From a virus (taxonomy: Duplodnaviria; Caudoviricetes), in IMG/VR virus record IMGVR_UViG_3300033072_000208, positions 7,536-71,535 of that record: DNA of 64,000 nt; one strand, written 5' to 3'. The notes under the pieces were generated by a model. That model ran no database searches. It saw only the letters and a program-made list of their open reading frames with translations, and was not told the DNA's origin. This document shows, piece after piece, positions 46,129 through 55,658 of this stretch; within the stretch, counting starts at the first letter, position 1; every line of letters starts with the position of its first letter. A program made the translations under genes and the position numbers.

Positions 46129-46623
46129 TTAAGGATTAGTGTCGCCTTGCACTCGGATAGTGAAACTGTCAGCAACAGCGGCTGTACCAGCATTCACAGT
46201 CCGGCGAATCCACACCGCACGATGACCACCAGCAGGAATATCACCAAGGGCAATACCACCCGCAAAATCAGCAGGTTCAGTAAAACTGACAGCAGATGGG
46301 GCTGTGGTCTCATTAGCAACAGTTTGTTCATCCCCACCTTGAGCAGATGTCCCAAGACCAATAGCAACAGTGGTTGTGGCCGAAGGAGTGTTTGCCTGAA
46401 TCCAAATTTTAGGAGCAATAAGCGTGAGAGTTGCATTGGCGTTATGGACGTAGAAGCAGCGATATTCCACAGAACCTGCTGTAGCTTCTGCTGAAGATAC
46501 ATCATCAAATAGAGTTGAGGTCCAAGCAGTTGATGACTTAACACCACCAAGAGAAGCGCTAGGGTCGCTGTTTGAAGCGCCGCCAGATAGACGATATTGG
46601 ATTTCTGAAGCAATAATAGGCAT
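46129..46623 (-). CDS. putative virion structural protein
   Basis: I.YRLSGGASN.DP.ASLGG...EYRC.Y..N...AVWIRR. Confidence 0.55.
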   Translation of the reverse strand: MPIIASEIQYRLSGGASNSDPSASLGGVKSSTAWTSTLFDDVSSAEATAGSVEYRCFYVHNANATLTLIAPKIWIQANTPSATTTVAIGLGTSAQGGDEQTVANETTAPSAVSFTEPADFAGGIALGDIPAGGHRAVWIRRTVNAGTAAVADSFTIRVQGDTNP

Positions 46624-46637
46624 TATTTAATTCCTTA

Positions 46638-46994
46638 TTAAATATGGATTTGTGTTACTGAATTTTCAACAGAGACATTGCCTCGCACAATCTTATAAGC
46701 ATCATCATCTGGTTGATTTGGTGCAATGATGAAAACATCGTATTTAGCTAGATACCAGTCAATATCTTTTGTCATCTCGTCTGAAATATGAAGATGAACA
46801 CCACCGTCATTCGGTGTAATGGTCATTTCCGTTGCCGTTGAGAATGAAAATAATAGTGTCCCGTTTTGCTTACGAATTTGCATCTTCGCAGAATAACCAG
46901 CCAGCGGGACTGGCTCGCCAGCACTGTCTTTGACAAACCAAGAGGCTTTAAATGTTGCCCCTTTGACAATAGTGATGTCGATGATGTCTGTCAT
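46638..46994 (-). CDS. Ig-like virion adaptor protein
   Basis: DITI.KGATF......D..G.PV.L.GY.A.MQIR...YD. Confidence 0.55.
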   Translation of the reverse strand: MTDIIDITIVKGATFKASWFVKDSAGEPVPLAGYSAKMQIRKQNGTLLFSFSTATEMTITPNDGGVHLHISDEMTKDIDWYLAKYDVFIIAPNQPDDDAYKIVRGNVSVENSVTQIHI

Positions 46995-47344
46995 TTATCA
47001 GTTCCAGTTTTAGTGGTGTGCAACTTAAACACAACTGCTGGAACGGTTGGCTTTTCTTCCTCATCATCAACGCTTGCAGTCTTACCTCGTTTGATGTTAG
47101 CATCTACACCAAGCGTCTTAAGATACATATCATAAAGATCCTTGGCATACTTCATGCGGTCTTTCATTGGGATAGACTCGTCTTCCATGCCTTGCATGAG
47201 GATTGTTAGTGCTTTTGGTGTAATTCTACGAAGGCGACGAATAGAGTTATCAAGCTCACCTGCCTTAAGTTCTTTTTCTTCGATGCGCTCTTTAGTTGGG
47301 CGTCCATTTCTGTTAATGTTGTTATCACCCTTGACAAATGGCAT
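46991..47344 (-). CDS. putative terminase small subunit
   Basis: PFVKGDNNINRNGRP N-terminus; first gene of the packaging/structural operon. Confidence 0.5.
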   Translation of the reverse strand: MPFVKGDNNINRNGRPTKERIEEKELKAGELDNSIRRLRRITPKALTILMQGMEDESIPMKDRMKYAKDLYDMYLKTLGVDANIKRGKTASVDDEEEKPTVPAVVFKLHTTKTGTDK

Positions 47345-47441
47345 TTTATTCTCCTAAAATTAGGTGCTACCATTCATGCCGAAGCATAAGAGCATCCTCT
47401 TACGAGGGCAAAGGAGAGAGAAGTCCCTCGGAATGGCAGCG

Positions 47442-47485
47442 AAACTTTGTACAAAACCTTGTACGAAACCTTGTACGAAAACTTG
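47442..47485. repeat. 12-bp tandem repeat (AAACCTTGTACG)x~3.5
   Basis: aaactttgtaca aaaccttgtacg aaaccttgtacg aaaacttg. Confidence 0.75.
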
Positions 47486-47575
47486 GTTCAATATGCAATA
47501 CAAAATATAATAACATATGGGTATCAATAAAGTCAATATCTCAACATATCAGGGCAAACTATCTTTTTATAAGGA

Positions 47576-47605
47576 TTGACAAACACCAAAGACTACCGTT
47601 AATAT
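47576..47605 (+). promoter_or_regulatory. sigma70-like promoter
   Basis: TTGACA-18nt-TAATAT. Confidence 0.6.
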
Positions 47606-47618
47606 GTCCTTGTAGAGC

Positions 47619-48152
47619 ATGTTTCATAAACAAAATACAAGGAATTATAAAATGACAATTAACACAGACAACTTTGAATTTAGAAATGTATTCCACGATA
47701 ACCCATTTCTGTTTATGGCAGATTTTGAGCAGGCGGTGAAGGATGGCTATCGTGTAGTGAATAACCTAAAAGGCTATCCCCGTCTCCAAGGGATGCTCAA
47801 AGAAGTGAGACTCTTCCGTGATGAAAGTATTTCAGCAGAACCAGATACAATGGTAGAAAACTACAACGAAATCGTTATTGATTATGATCCAATGTTCTTC
47901 CTACTGAAATGTCAGGCTGTTGTTCTGGCTGGATATGAAGTTGATCTAGACTCTGGTATTGGTGGGATTCGTTTTGACACGCCATATAAATGCACTTTCC
48001 GTAGAACAGAAGAGGCTGACCTAGTGACGGTAGATTCAATGCTTGACGGACTTCCTGTAATTGACATCGAGCCAGAGGAAGTGGTAGAGTCTGTTCATGC
48101 TGAAGCTGAAAAACCAGTGACGCAAAAGAAGTCTGGTCGTAAGTCTAAGTGA
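47619..48152 (+). CDS. hypothetical protein
   Basis: ORF track; likely start at MTINTD (47651). Confidence 0.55.
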   Translation: MFHKQNTRNYKMTINTDNFEFRNVFHDNPFLFMADFEQAVKDGYRVVNNLKGYPRLQGMLKEVRLFRDESISAEPDTMVENYNEIVIDYDPMFFLLKCQAVVLAGYEVDLDSGIGGIRFDTPYKCTFRRTEEADLVTVDSMLDGLPVIDIEPEEVVESVHAEAEKPVTQKKSGRKSK

Positions 48153-48219
48153 CTCTGTAAAGTAATTCTGCATAGTAGATTGATTCCAAGGGGCAACGCC
48201 CCTCATCCTTGGAGGTATA

Positions 48220-48972
48220 ATGGCTCGCACTCAAAAAACTCGTCGTGAGAAAGTTGCAGAAGGAACCCATCCTCGCGTTAATCGTAAAGCGGAAGGTTGG
48301 CAGGAACATTTTGGACTGCATTCTTTCAAGCTAACAGAATCACAAAAAGAACTGTGTGGTAAAATCCTAGCTAACACATTAACATTTGTAGATTCTGTTG
48401 CCGGGACTGGAAAATCAACAGCGGTTCTTCACTGTTTTGTCAAGGAGTATCTGAGCAACCCCCACAAGAAGATCATTATCATCAGGACACCTGTGGAAGC
48501 TGGCGGCCTAGACAAGATTGGCTTTCTTCCGAACGAACTGTCTGTAAAGGTGGAGCCACACTTTGCCAGTTCAAAGAAAATTCTTGAACAACTTATGTCG
48601 AAATCTAAGGTGGAGACTGACCTTGACAACAGGATTTTCTTTAAAATCCCAAACTACGAGTTGGGGGCCACATGGGACAATTCACTTGTCCTGATTGACG
48701 AGGCACAAGCACTACAGCCAATGATTATGAAACTACTTCTTGAGCGCGTAGGTGTTGGTTCAAAGGTGGTTGTGGTTGGTGATAGTAATCAACTCTACGC
48801 AAGTGAGGCAGCAAAGCGTAATGGCCTCAAGGATGCACTTAAGCGATTTTTTGATGAAGACATGAATCCTAAATTTGATGATGTAGCATTCCACTCCTTT
48901 GAGGTTGATGACGTGCAACGGAGTGAGATTGTAAAGACAGTCATTCGAGCTTATCAAGGCTTCATCAGTTAA
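48220..48972 (+). CDS. phoH: PhoH-like ATPase
   Basis: SVAGTGKS, GFLP, LIDEAQ, VVGD.NQ, DVQRS.IVK. Confidence 0.9.
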   Translation: MARTQKTRREKVAEGTHPRVNRKAEGWQEHFGLHSFKLTESQKELCGKILANTLTFVDSVAGTGKSTAVLHCFVKEYLSNPHKKIIIIRTPVEAGGLDKIGFLPNELSVKVEPHFASSKKILEQLMSKSKVETDLDNRIFFKIPNYELGATWDNSLVLIDEAQALQPMIMKLLLERVGVGSKVVVVGDSNQLYASEAAKRNGLKDALKRFFDEDMNPKFDDVAFHSFEVDDVQRSEIVKTVIRAYQGFIS

Positions 48973-48978
48973 TATCGC

Positions 48979-49007
48979 TTGACACAAAACAGGAGCAGTA
49001 GTAAGAT
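48979..49007 (+). promoter_or_regulatory. sigma70-like promoter
   Basis: TTGACA-17nt-TAAGAT. Confidence 0.65.
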
Positions 49008-49030
49008 GCTTCATTAACTAAGGAGAGACT

Positions 49031-49726
49031 ATGTATAAAATGATTTCAAACCTGAACAATACGCGAAATAGCACAGAAGATGATGAAGAGGATGCAAAAG
49101 TATCTTACACAATCTCACAAAACCAGCAAGGGTGGAGCAAGTTTATTGTACGGATGCACAACCCGATTGGACCAGCATCTGAGTATGCCAATTTGTTCAA
49201 TCTTCTAGACTCTGCTGGAGAAGATGACGAAATTAAACTGGACCTATCTTCTCCCGGTGGCTCCTTGGACACTTGTATTCTTCTACGACGTGCAATTAAG
49301 GATTGTGCAGCACCCGTAACCTGCCGTATTGGCCCCACTTGTGCTAGTGCTGCTGGTGCTATTGCCCTGGCTTGTGATGGTTGGGAAGTAGATGATATGA
49401 GCACAATGATGGTGCATACAGGTTCATTTGCCCCCGGATATGGTAAGGTGCATGATATTCACGCTGCATCTGCGCACACACTAGAACAAATTCGTCGTTT
49501 TGTACGCTCCACCTATAAGAATTTTCTAAGTGATGCAGAAATTGATGGTGTGCTCGATGGTAAGGAAATGTATATTGGCCCCGAGGAACTTGAGGAGCGT
49601 CTAGGAAAATACTCAGAAGCGCGAGAAGCGGAATATCGTCAGCATTTTGAAGAGATGATGTCTAGCCAACAAGATGAAGAAGTTGGGGATCCGACTCTCG
49701 AAGAAGTCCTTGACATGGAAGACTGA
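49031..49726 (+). CDS. ClpP-like serine protease
   Basis: LSSPGGSL, CASAAG.I.LAC, MMVH. Confidence 0.8.
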   Translation: MYKMISNLNNTRNSTEDDEEDAKVSYTISQNQQGWSKFIVRMHNPIGPASEYANLFNLLDSAGEDDEIKLDLSSPGGSLDTCILLRRAIKDCAAPVTCRIGPTCASAAGAIALACDGWEVDDMSTMMVHTGSFAPGYGKVHDIHAASAHTLEQIRRFVRSTYKNFLSDAEIDGVLDGKEMYIGPEELEERLGKYSEAREAEYRQHFEEMMSSQQDEEVGDPTLEEVLDMED

Positions 49727-49896
49727 TAACTGTACTCTAAGCCAACCACGCAGACTAGTTCTGAAGGGTTGGCTTTTATTTTGGGTATTTTATTTCGGGT
49801 AGTTTATTAATATACCACTCTTGACGCGGTGCGGCATTTAGGTTACTCTTTAAGTAGAGCAGGCGTTTCCTGCAAATACTTAATAAAGGAAATTAC

Positions 49897-50130
49897 ATGA
49901 AAACAACACTCGTACTGAAGAAGTGGCTGGAAGCTGGTGAAACTCCTCCTGCAAAATTTTACTTGACAAACACCTACGGAGATTATATCTTTGTACATGC
50001 CTCGTCCTTAGAAGAAGCAGAGCGTTGGTGTAAAAAACACTACCCAAATAGTTTCGTTAGGAGTAGTCTGTTTGGGCACAAGTGTATGATAAACGAGCGA
50101 CCGTATAATCAACTGAAAACCTATGTGTAA
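49897..50130 (+). CDS. hypothetical protein
   Basis: ORF track. Confidence 0.5.
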   Translation: MKTTLVLKKWLEAGETPPAKFYLTNTYGDYIFVHASSLEEAERWCKKHYPNSFVRSSLFGHKCMINERPYNQLKTYV

Positions 50131-50449
50131 CCAACAAGCTAAACAACAGCATCATCTTACAGCGACAATCTATGATAAGCGCGGCAGAGTTTTGTCAATT
50201 GGGCATAACTCTTATATAAAAACGCACACGCTTCAAGCCAAGTATGCTGCTGCCGTTGGGCTACCGGAAAAACAGTTTATTCATGCAGAAATGGCTGCTA
50301 TCATCAAGTGTAGAAACCTTGACAAAGCCTATAGGATCATGGTGACAAGATTTAATAAAAAAGGGAAGCCTCTTTGTGCAAAACCCTGTAAAATCTGTAT
50401 GGAAGCTATTAGGGACATGACAGACATTCAAGTAATTCAGCACACATAA
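50123..50449 (+). CDS. cytidine/deoxycytidylate deaminase-like protein
   Basis: HAE and PCKIC zinc motifs. Confidence 0.8.
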   Translation: MCNQQAKQQHHLTATIYDKRGRVLSIGHNSYIKTHTLQAKYAAAVGLPEKQFIHAEMAAIIKCRNLDKAYRIMVTRFNKKGKPLCAKPCKICMEAIRDMTDIQVIQHT

Positions 50450-50458
50450 GGAGAGAAT

Positions 50459-51550
50459 ATGTTCAAGGTTTTGTACGGCAAAGATAAGAAAGATGGTTAC
50501 AAGGTATGGAGTGTGGCTGCTGAAGGCAATAAGATTACCATCTCACACGGTAAAATGGATGGTAAGCAGACAACCAAGGAAGAACTTGTCTATGGGAAAA
50601 ACATAGGGCGTGCTAACGAAACCTCCAATGAACAACAAGCTGTTCTTGAAGCTGAGAGTCGATATAAGAAGCAGCTAGACAAAGGATACCGACCTACACT
50701 AGACGAACTTGAAGACCTTCCTCTGATGGCAATGCTCGCTGTGGATTATCATAAGAAGGGACACCTTCTTAAATTTCCTTGCCTAGCATCTGTAAAACTA
50801 GATGGAAATCGTTGCCTAGCTATTAGACATAAGGATCGTGTAGAACTTCGCACTCGCGGAGGGAAGGTTATGGAAATTCCCCATATTCAGACCGCTCTGT
50901 TTGAGGAAATGCGCGAAGGTGAAGTGCTTGATGGTGAAATCTACAATCATGGGTATTTTCTTGAAGAGATTGTCAGTGCAATTCGCACCCCAACAAATCC
51001 TCTGCACAACGAGCTAGAATTTTGGGCGTTTGATGTTGTAATTAAAGATGTTCCATTTAAGGAACGTTATGGGCTACTGTGCAATATGTTCTCCGAGGCT
51101 CGCCTCTCTCGCGCTTGCATTAGGCGTGTAATTCATGAGGAAGTTTTTGATGAAGAACATATGAAACGGCTACATAAACGTGCTGTCGAGGATAAATTTG
51201 AAGGTATTATGTGTCGTAACATGACAGGCATCTACGAGTCTGGAAAGCGCAGTAATGATCTGCATAAATACAAGGAGATGGTTGATGAAGAATTTAAAAT
51301 TGTTGGTGTTGAAAAAGATCGGAATGACAACGCTGTTCTCGTTTGTCTTGATGGCACGTCAGGCTTACCATTCAATGTCACTTTCGGAGACTTCACACAA
51401 AGAAAACATCAGCTTGGACATCCGGAAGAATACATCGGGAAATGGCTGACAGTTGCTTATCAGACACGATACAAAGATAGTGGTTTATTACAATTTCCTG
51501 TAGGAAAGGCTATTCGTGAATGTGATAAACATGGAAATCCACTACAATGA
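50459..51550 (+). CDS. ATP-dependent DNA ligase
   Basis: KLDGNR, DGEI, FDVV, EGIM, KYK motifs; WGR-like N-terminus. Confidence 0.9.
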   Translation: MFKVLYGKDKKDGYKVWSVAAEGNKITISHGKMDGKQTTKEELVYGKNIGRANETSNEQQAVLEAESRYKKQLDKGYRPTLDELEDLPLMAMLAVDYHKKGHLLKFPCLASVKLDGNRCLAIRHKDRVELRTRGGKVMEIPHIQTALFEEMREGEVLDGEIYNHGYFLEEIVSAIRTPTNPLHNELEFWAFDVVIKDVPFKERYGLLCNMFSEARLSRACIRRVIHEEVFDEEHMKRLHKRAVEDKFEGIMCRNMTGIYESGKRSNDLHKYKEMVDEEFKIVGVEKDRNDNAVLVCLDGTSGLPFNVTFGDFTQRKHQLGHPEEYIGKWLTVAYQTRYKDSGLLQFPVGKAIRECDKHGNPLQ

Positions 51551-51636
51551 AACACTTCATTGAGTCTATCATTCTTTTTCTTATTATTCCTGTACTTCTA
51601 GTCACCGCTGTGACGCTCTTAGCAGCATTCTTTTAA
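51547..51636 (+). CDS. 29-aa single-TM peptide
   Basis: MKHFIESIILFLIIPVLLVTAVTLLAAFF; ATGA overlap with the ligase. Confidence 0.45.
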   Translation: MKHFIESIILFLIIPVLLVTAVTLLAAFF

Positions 51637-51648
51637 ACCGAAGTAACC

Positions 51649-51678
51649 AAAAGCCAGCTTCATGCTGGCTTTATTTTT
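51649..51678 (+). terminator. intrinsic terminator
   Basis: AAAGCCAGC-TTCAT-GCTGGCTTT followed by a T-rich tract. Confidence 0.65.
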
Positions 51679-51692
51679 ATATGGAGAAATAA

Positions 51693-52238
51693 ATGAAACA
51701 ATTAACATTATTTTTATTCACCCTGTCAATCAGTGTCCTAGCAACTATCAATAAGCCCCCTACACAGATACTCGTAAAAGAAAACATTCCAGTCGTTATT
51801 ACAAAGAAGATAAGTGTTTCCGAAAAAGCTATGAATGTAGCCAATAAAGAAACAACCGTGGCGTGCCTGCAAGATGTTAGTTGCAACAAATTAGCGGAAG
51901 CTATCATCTTCGAGGCTCGCGGAGAACCGGATATCGGTAAGGCTGCTGTGGCCCATGTAATTTTGAATCGTAAGAGTGATCCTCGATGGAAGAATTCTGT
52001 CAGAGAGGTTATCCACCAACCGCACCAGTTCTCTTATTTAAAAGATAAACATAAACAGACACCACCAACTAATAATGATTGGATTACAGCTAGGAAGATA
52101 GCACATGGTGTCATTTCTGGTGCAATATCTAATCCAGTGGGTGAAGCAACACACTACCATGCAGCCAGAGTGAAGCCGAAGTGGGCCAAGAAGTTGGAAC
52201 CTGTTGCAAAAATCGGACAACACATTTTTTATCGTTGA
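51693..52238 (+). CDS. cell wall hydrolase (SleB/Hydrolase_2)
   Basis: LAEAIIFEARGE..G..AVAHVILNR; QFS; ATHYHA; IGQHIFY; N-terminal signal. Confidence 0.88.
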   Translation: MKQLTLFLFTLSISVLATINKPPTQILVKENIPVVITKKISVSEKAMNVANKETTVACLQDVSCNKLAEAIIFEARGEPDIGKAAVAHVILNRKSDPRWKNSVREVIHQPHQFSYLKDKHKQTPPTNNDWITARKIAHGVISGAISNPVGEATHYHAARVKPKWAKKLEPVAKIGQHIFYR

Positions 52239-52263
52239 CAAACACCAGCCCTGAGCGCACAAT
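52235..52263 (+). promoter_or_regulatory. sigma70-like promoter upstream of the kinase-like gene
   Basis: TTGACA-17nt-CACAAT. Confidence 0.5.
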
Positions 52264-52290
52264 CTCTCCACTAATTCACTAGCAAGGAGG

Positions 52291-52905
52291 ATGGCTGTGC
52301 AAGGATATACTATTATTCATAATAGTCTTACAGAAAAAGAAATGCAGGATGTTCTAAATCTGAAGTCTTCTAGGAAAAAACGAGCTTTAGGTGAAGGAGC
52401 AACAGCTAAGGTGTATTCTTTCCCAAAAGAAAGTATTTTGCACAATGGTTGGGTGTATCGTGTTCAGTCCCAATGTTACGAGTTTGCTGTTGAGCCTTAT
52501 CTTGAGTTTGCTGGTAGCATGATTTCTTCCCGGTCTAGGCACCTGCCCAGATGTAAGTTTCTAGCAGTTCGTAGAAATTCTTATGGAGAGGTTGCTGAGT
52601 TGATCACTGTTATTGAAAAACTCAAAACATGGCAAGAACATTATCAAGAAATCTCCTCTGCTTGGGTGTGGGGCATCGCCACATATCTTCAAGGATCGGG
52701 GTACGCTTGGGACGACTATTATGGGAGCAACCCTTATGGGCGCGACTTTAAGACTGTCCGTAATAAGAAAGGATTTACACAGTCTTCAATTAGGCATCTG
52801 AAGACGGTTTTTGAAAAGCATGGGGTGGATGTTAATGACCTCCATGAAAATAATGTTATGGTGAGACGTGATGGAACTATTGTCATCACAGATCCATCGA
52901 GCTAA
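52291..52905 (+). CDS. protein kinase-like protein
   Basis: LGEGATAKVY glycine loop; VIEKL hinge; DLHENNVM catalytic loop; VITDP. Confidence 0.72.
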   Translation: MAVQGYTIIHNSLTEKEMQDVLNLKSSRKKRALGEGATAKVYSFPKESILHNGWVYRVQSQCYEFAVEPYLEFAGSMISSRSRHLPRCKFLAVRRNSYGEVAELITVIEKLKTWQEHYQEISSAWVWGIATYLQGSGYAWDDYYGSNPYGRDFKTVRNKKGFTQSSIRHLKTVFEKHGVDVNDLHENNVMVRRDGTIVITDPSS

Positions 52906-52999
52906 CAAAATTGATTGTAACACCCTTTTGTGGGGAGAATAAGGGGTATTATCCGATAAAAACCCTCGGTAATATCAAAGCACATCTAAAGGATAAATA

Positions 53000-53413
53000 A
53001 TGGAAAACACACTAGAAACACCATTGCAACTCAACGAAAACAGAATTTTCCCTCATCTAAAACCTCGTGCATTTACACAAGAGGATCGTGAGGCCATTGC
53101 TTTGAGACGGAAAGAGCAGCAAACTTGGGCTGAAGCCCATCTTAAACTACACTGGCTTGACGAAGGTTGGATGCGGGATCTTGCAAGTAATATGAACTTT
53201 AAGTTGGCAGCTTGGTATTACCCAGCATCCGAAACTAAGTATATCAGGCGTGCTCTAAAACACGTTGGAAAAGACAGTGTTTGGTTTAAAGCCACATTCG
53301 GATACAGCATTAAAGAGTATGCAGATTACAATCCAAGAACACCCTCGTGGGTGGCTCAGTGCATGGTCCTAGAAGCTGCGTCCTATGAATGTACTAAAAA
53401 GGTTAGCACATGA
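53000..53413 (+). CDS. hypothetical protein
   Basis: ORF track; RBS AAGGA. Confidence 0.55.
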   Translation: MENTLETPLQLNENRIFPHLKPRAFTQEDREAIALRRKEQQTWAEAHLKLHWLDEGWMRDLASNMNFKLAAWYYPASETKYIRRALKHVGKDSVWFKATFGYSIKEYADYNPRTPSWVAQCMVLEAASYECTKKVST

Positions 53414-53772
53414 GTGAAGAGTATTATGAGGATGGTGCCAGACTCTCTGTTGAGAATGGGATTGGCATCATTCGGTTTCTTAAGAATGCTGAAAGCGATG
53501 ATATGGATTTTGAAGCAATCTGCATATTCACTCCGCTGTCTGATAAAGTGGTGAAGATCAGCGGGATGTTGGGTAGGATGACACGAGCACGACTGAGACT
53601 CCTGTTCAAAGTGTTGCTTTACAAAGGATGGTCTGTCGTGTATGCTCATCGTCTCCAAGGTCGAAGGCTTCCTATGGGGGAGATGATGGAAGATGGGGAC
53701 TTTGCTGGTTGGTGGCGTGTTGATCTGAAAGCTGCACAAAAGGAGGAACAGAATAATGAAAGCAGAAATTAA
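53410..53772 (+). CDS. hypothetical protein
   Basis: ORF track; ATGA overlap. Confidence 0.55.
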   Translation: MSEEYYEDGARLSVENGIGIIRFLKNAESDDMDFEAICIFTPLSDKVVKISGMLGRMTRARLRLLFKVLLYKGWSVVYAHRLQGRRLPMGEMMEDGDFAGWWRVDLKAAQKEEQNNESRN

Positions 53773-53995
53773 AGTTATTGAATATGGCAAGGATCTCCGA
53801 GAAGACACCCGTGCTGGTGGTAAGACTATTCAACTAACCCTAGACACAGGGGAACGAGTGTATCGTTGGGAACAATTCTTCAATTACGAAGAAGTATCTA
53901 GGACTTCGTGGGATCGTTTATACGACTATGCGGTAACTACTGGAAAACGTATTATCGGACAAATGGTTGTTGATGCAGCCTTTGGAAGTAAATAA
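53756..53995 (+). CDS. hypothetical protein
   Basis: ORF track; RBS GGAGG. Confidence 0.55.
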   Translation: MKAEIKVIEYGKDLREDTRAGGKTIQLTLDTGERVYRWEQFFNYEEVSRTSWDRLYDYAVTTGKRIIGQMVVDAAFGSK

Positions 53996-54205
53996 ATGAA
54001 GCCGTATAAAATCACATTCCTGCACAACAACGCCCTCCACACAATGTTTCTTTATGGTGTGTCCAAACAAAGCATAAGGGCATCTGTGACAAAGCATTGG
54101 AATGAACAACTTGTATTTGATGCTAAGATTATTCGTATTGATGAAGTGTCTGAAGAAGAATTGTGGCGTTTTTGGGACGGAGAAATAACACATGCTAACA
54201 GCTAA
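53996..54205 (+). CDS. hypothetical protein
   Basis: ORF track. Confidence 0.5.
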   Translation: MKPYKITFLHNNALHTMFLYGVSKQSIRASVTKHWNEQLVFDAKIIRIDEVSEEELWRFWDGEITHANS

Positions 54206-54395
54206 AGAACGAGAGATGGCTTTTCGTAAGGATCTTCAAGAACTACTTGACAAGCACGGAGCACTTCTCACCACTACTTATGCAGGAGAGCCTTATAACA
54301 TTGAACACGCTGGTGTTTGCATTATCGAAATGGACAGTGTATGGAGCAGTGTGACCAGAGACTGTGAAAAAGAATTTACAGAATTCTTGCTTTAG
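54192..54395 (+). CDS. hypothetical protein
   Basis: ORF track; RBS GGAGA. Confidence 0.55.
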   Translation: MLTAKEREMAFRKDLQELLDKHGALLTTTYAGEPYNIEHAGVCIIEMDSVWSSVTRDCEKEFTEFLL

Positions 54396-54405
54396 GAGTG
54401 GGAAC

Positions 54406-54576
54406 ATGACAATTAGACTCTTTGAAAAAACCTACGATGGTGAAAGCCTTATTGATCACGAGGAACACCTATACGATCTATTCGCTTTAGTTACTGTCCC
54501 GAAAGATAAGTGGGGATTTTACAGAGGTAAGTTCAAAATCATTGTGGAGTGGGAAGATGAAACAGCACCTACTTAA
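54406..54576 (+). CDS. hypothetical protein
   Basis: Start reassigned to MTIRLF using RBS AGGAG. Confidence 0.5.
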   Translation: MTIRLFEKTYDGESLIDHEEHLYDLFALVTVPKDKWGFYRGKFKIIVEWEDETAPT

Positions 54577-54802
54577 TTGGCTTCGTGGGACAGCCTTTGT
54601 GAAAAGACTTGTACATCTGGATGACTTAAAGTATCATGCTTCTCGTACCAAGGCCGCCTATGAGCACTTCTACCATCCTAACGACCCATCTAGAGTTGAG
54701 CATTGGAAGGAACGCCATAACCAACTTGTGAAGCAATATAACGAAGAGAAGTGTTGGTGGATGTCCAAACTAAAAACATACGAGGAATACGATGATTTTT
54801 AA
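54557..54802 (+). CDS. hypothetical protein
   Basis: Start reassigned to MKQHLL. Confidence 0.5.
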   Translation: MKQHLLNWLRGTAFVKRLVHLDDLKYHASRTKAAYEHFYHPNDPSRVEHWKERHNQLVKQYNEEKCWWMSKLKTYEEYDDF

Positions 54803-55493
54803 AGAGATTACACAAAAAGTAACATGCTGTTCATCTTGCGGGGAAGAGATCTCTTTCAGTAATACAATCTCCCCTGCCGGGTGGCGTGAAGTGAATATCT
54901 CTGGGATCTGTGAGAAGTGCTTTGATAACAGCACATTCAATCTAGAAGAGAATCTTGACGTGCTAGATAGTAGCATCCTATCCCTACTCGGAGGTGGTGT
55001 TGTTCTGGCCGGAGGAGCATTGCGCGCTCTTGTAGATGCTTCTGAAGAAATTATGGATTATGACCTATTTGTTCTTGATCAGGGTGTTATCTTTAAGCTG
55101 AAAGCCGATCTAAAGGACATTGGGTATAAACTGTGTTTTGAATGTCCAAAAGGGCAGCTATACACATACAAAACCCCCGAAGGAACTAAGGTGCAGATTA
55201 TCAATAAGCGCCCTTATAAAGATTGTGAAGACATGATTTCCTCTTTTGACATAACAGCCTGTTGTGCAGCATATGATGGTAACACCTTCTACACGCATGA
55301 TAGGTTTGTTTTCGATAACTTAAATAAACTCATCAATTTGAATAAGGTGGAGTATCCCAATGCCACACTACGAAGGATTGTTAAGTATTCAAATAAAGGT
55401 TTTAAGTTATCTAATGCAGCATGTACTACATTCACAACCACTGTCAATGGTATGACCCTAACAGAAGATAATTCAGAATTCTATATTGATTAA
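54792..55493 (+). CDS. Pol-beta-type nucleotidyltransferase (CCA/poly(A) polymerase head-like) with an N-terminal Zn ribbon
   Basis: CSSC...CEKC; LAGGALR; DYDLF; FDITACCAAY. Confidence 0.75.
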   Translation: MIFKEITQKVTCCSSCGEEISFSNTISPAGWREVNISGICEKCFDNSTFNLEENLDVLDSSILSLLGGGVVLAGGALRALVDASEEIMDYDLFVLDQGVIFKLKADLKDIGYKLCFECPKGQLYTYKTPEGTKVQIINKRPYKDCEDMISSFDITACCAAYDGNTFYTHDRFVFDNLNKLINLNKVEYPNATLRRIVKYSNKGFKLSNAACTTFTTTVNGMTLTEDNSEFYID

Positions 55494-55503
55494 GGAGAAA
55501 TAA

Positions 55504-55656
55504 ATGAAACACAATTCCTATCTGAAGGCTAGGTGGTTTGAGCGTCTTATTGCAGAGCTAGAACAATCTGTAGGGCACATGACAGACAATGATCTAGAAC
55601 GTATTATCTTCATGTGCTGGAGTGAACAGCAGAGCCGTCGTGAGCAGGAGGAATAA
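55504..55656 (+). CDS. hypothetical 50-aa protein
   Basis: Hand translation MKHNSYLKARWFERLIAELE...; RBS AAGGAG. Confidence 0.5.
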   Translation: MKHNSYLKARWFERLIAELEQSVGHMTDNDLERIIFMCWSEQQSRREQEE

Positions 55657-55658
55657 AA

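Noticed and set aside
44180-46139. Long + strand ORFs (293 aa and 400 aa) and 21769-22362(+)
   Set aside because: Antisense shadows of GC-rich or Ala/Thr-rich - strand genes; no RBS or motifs.
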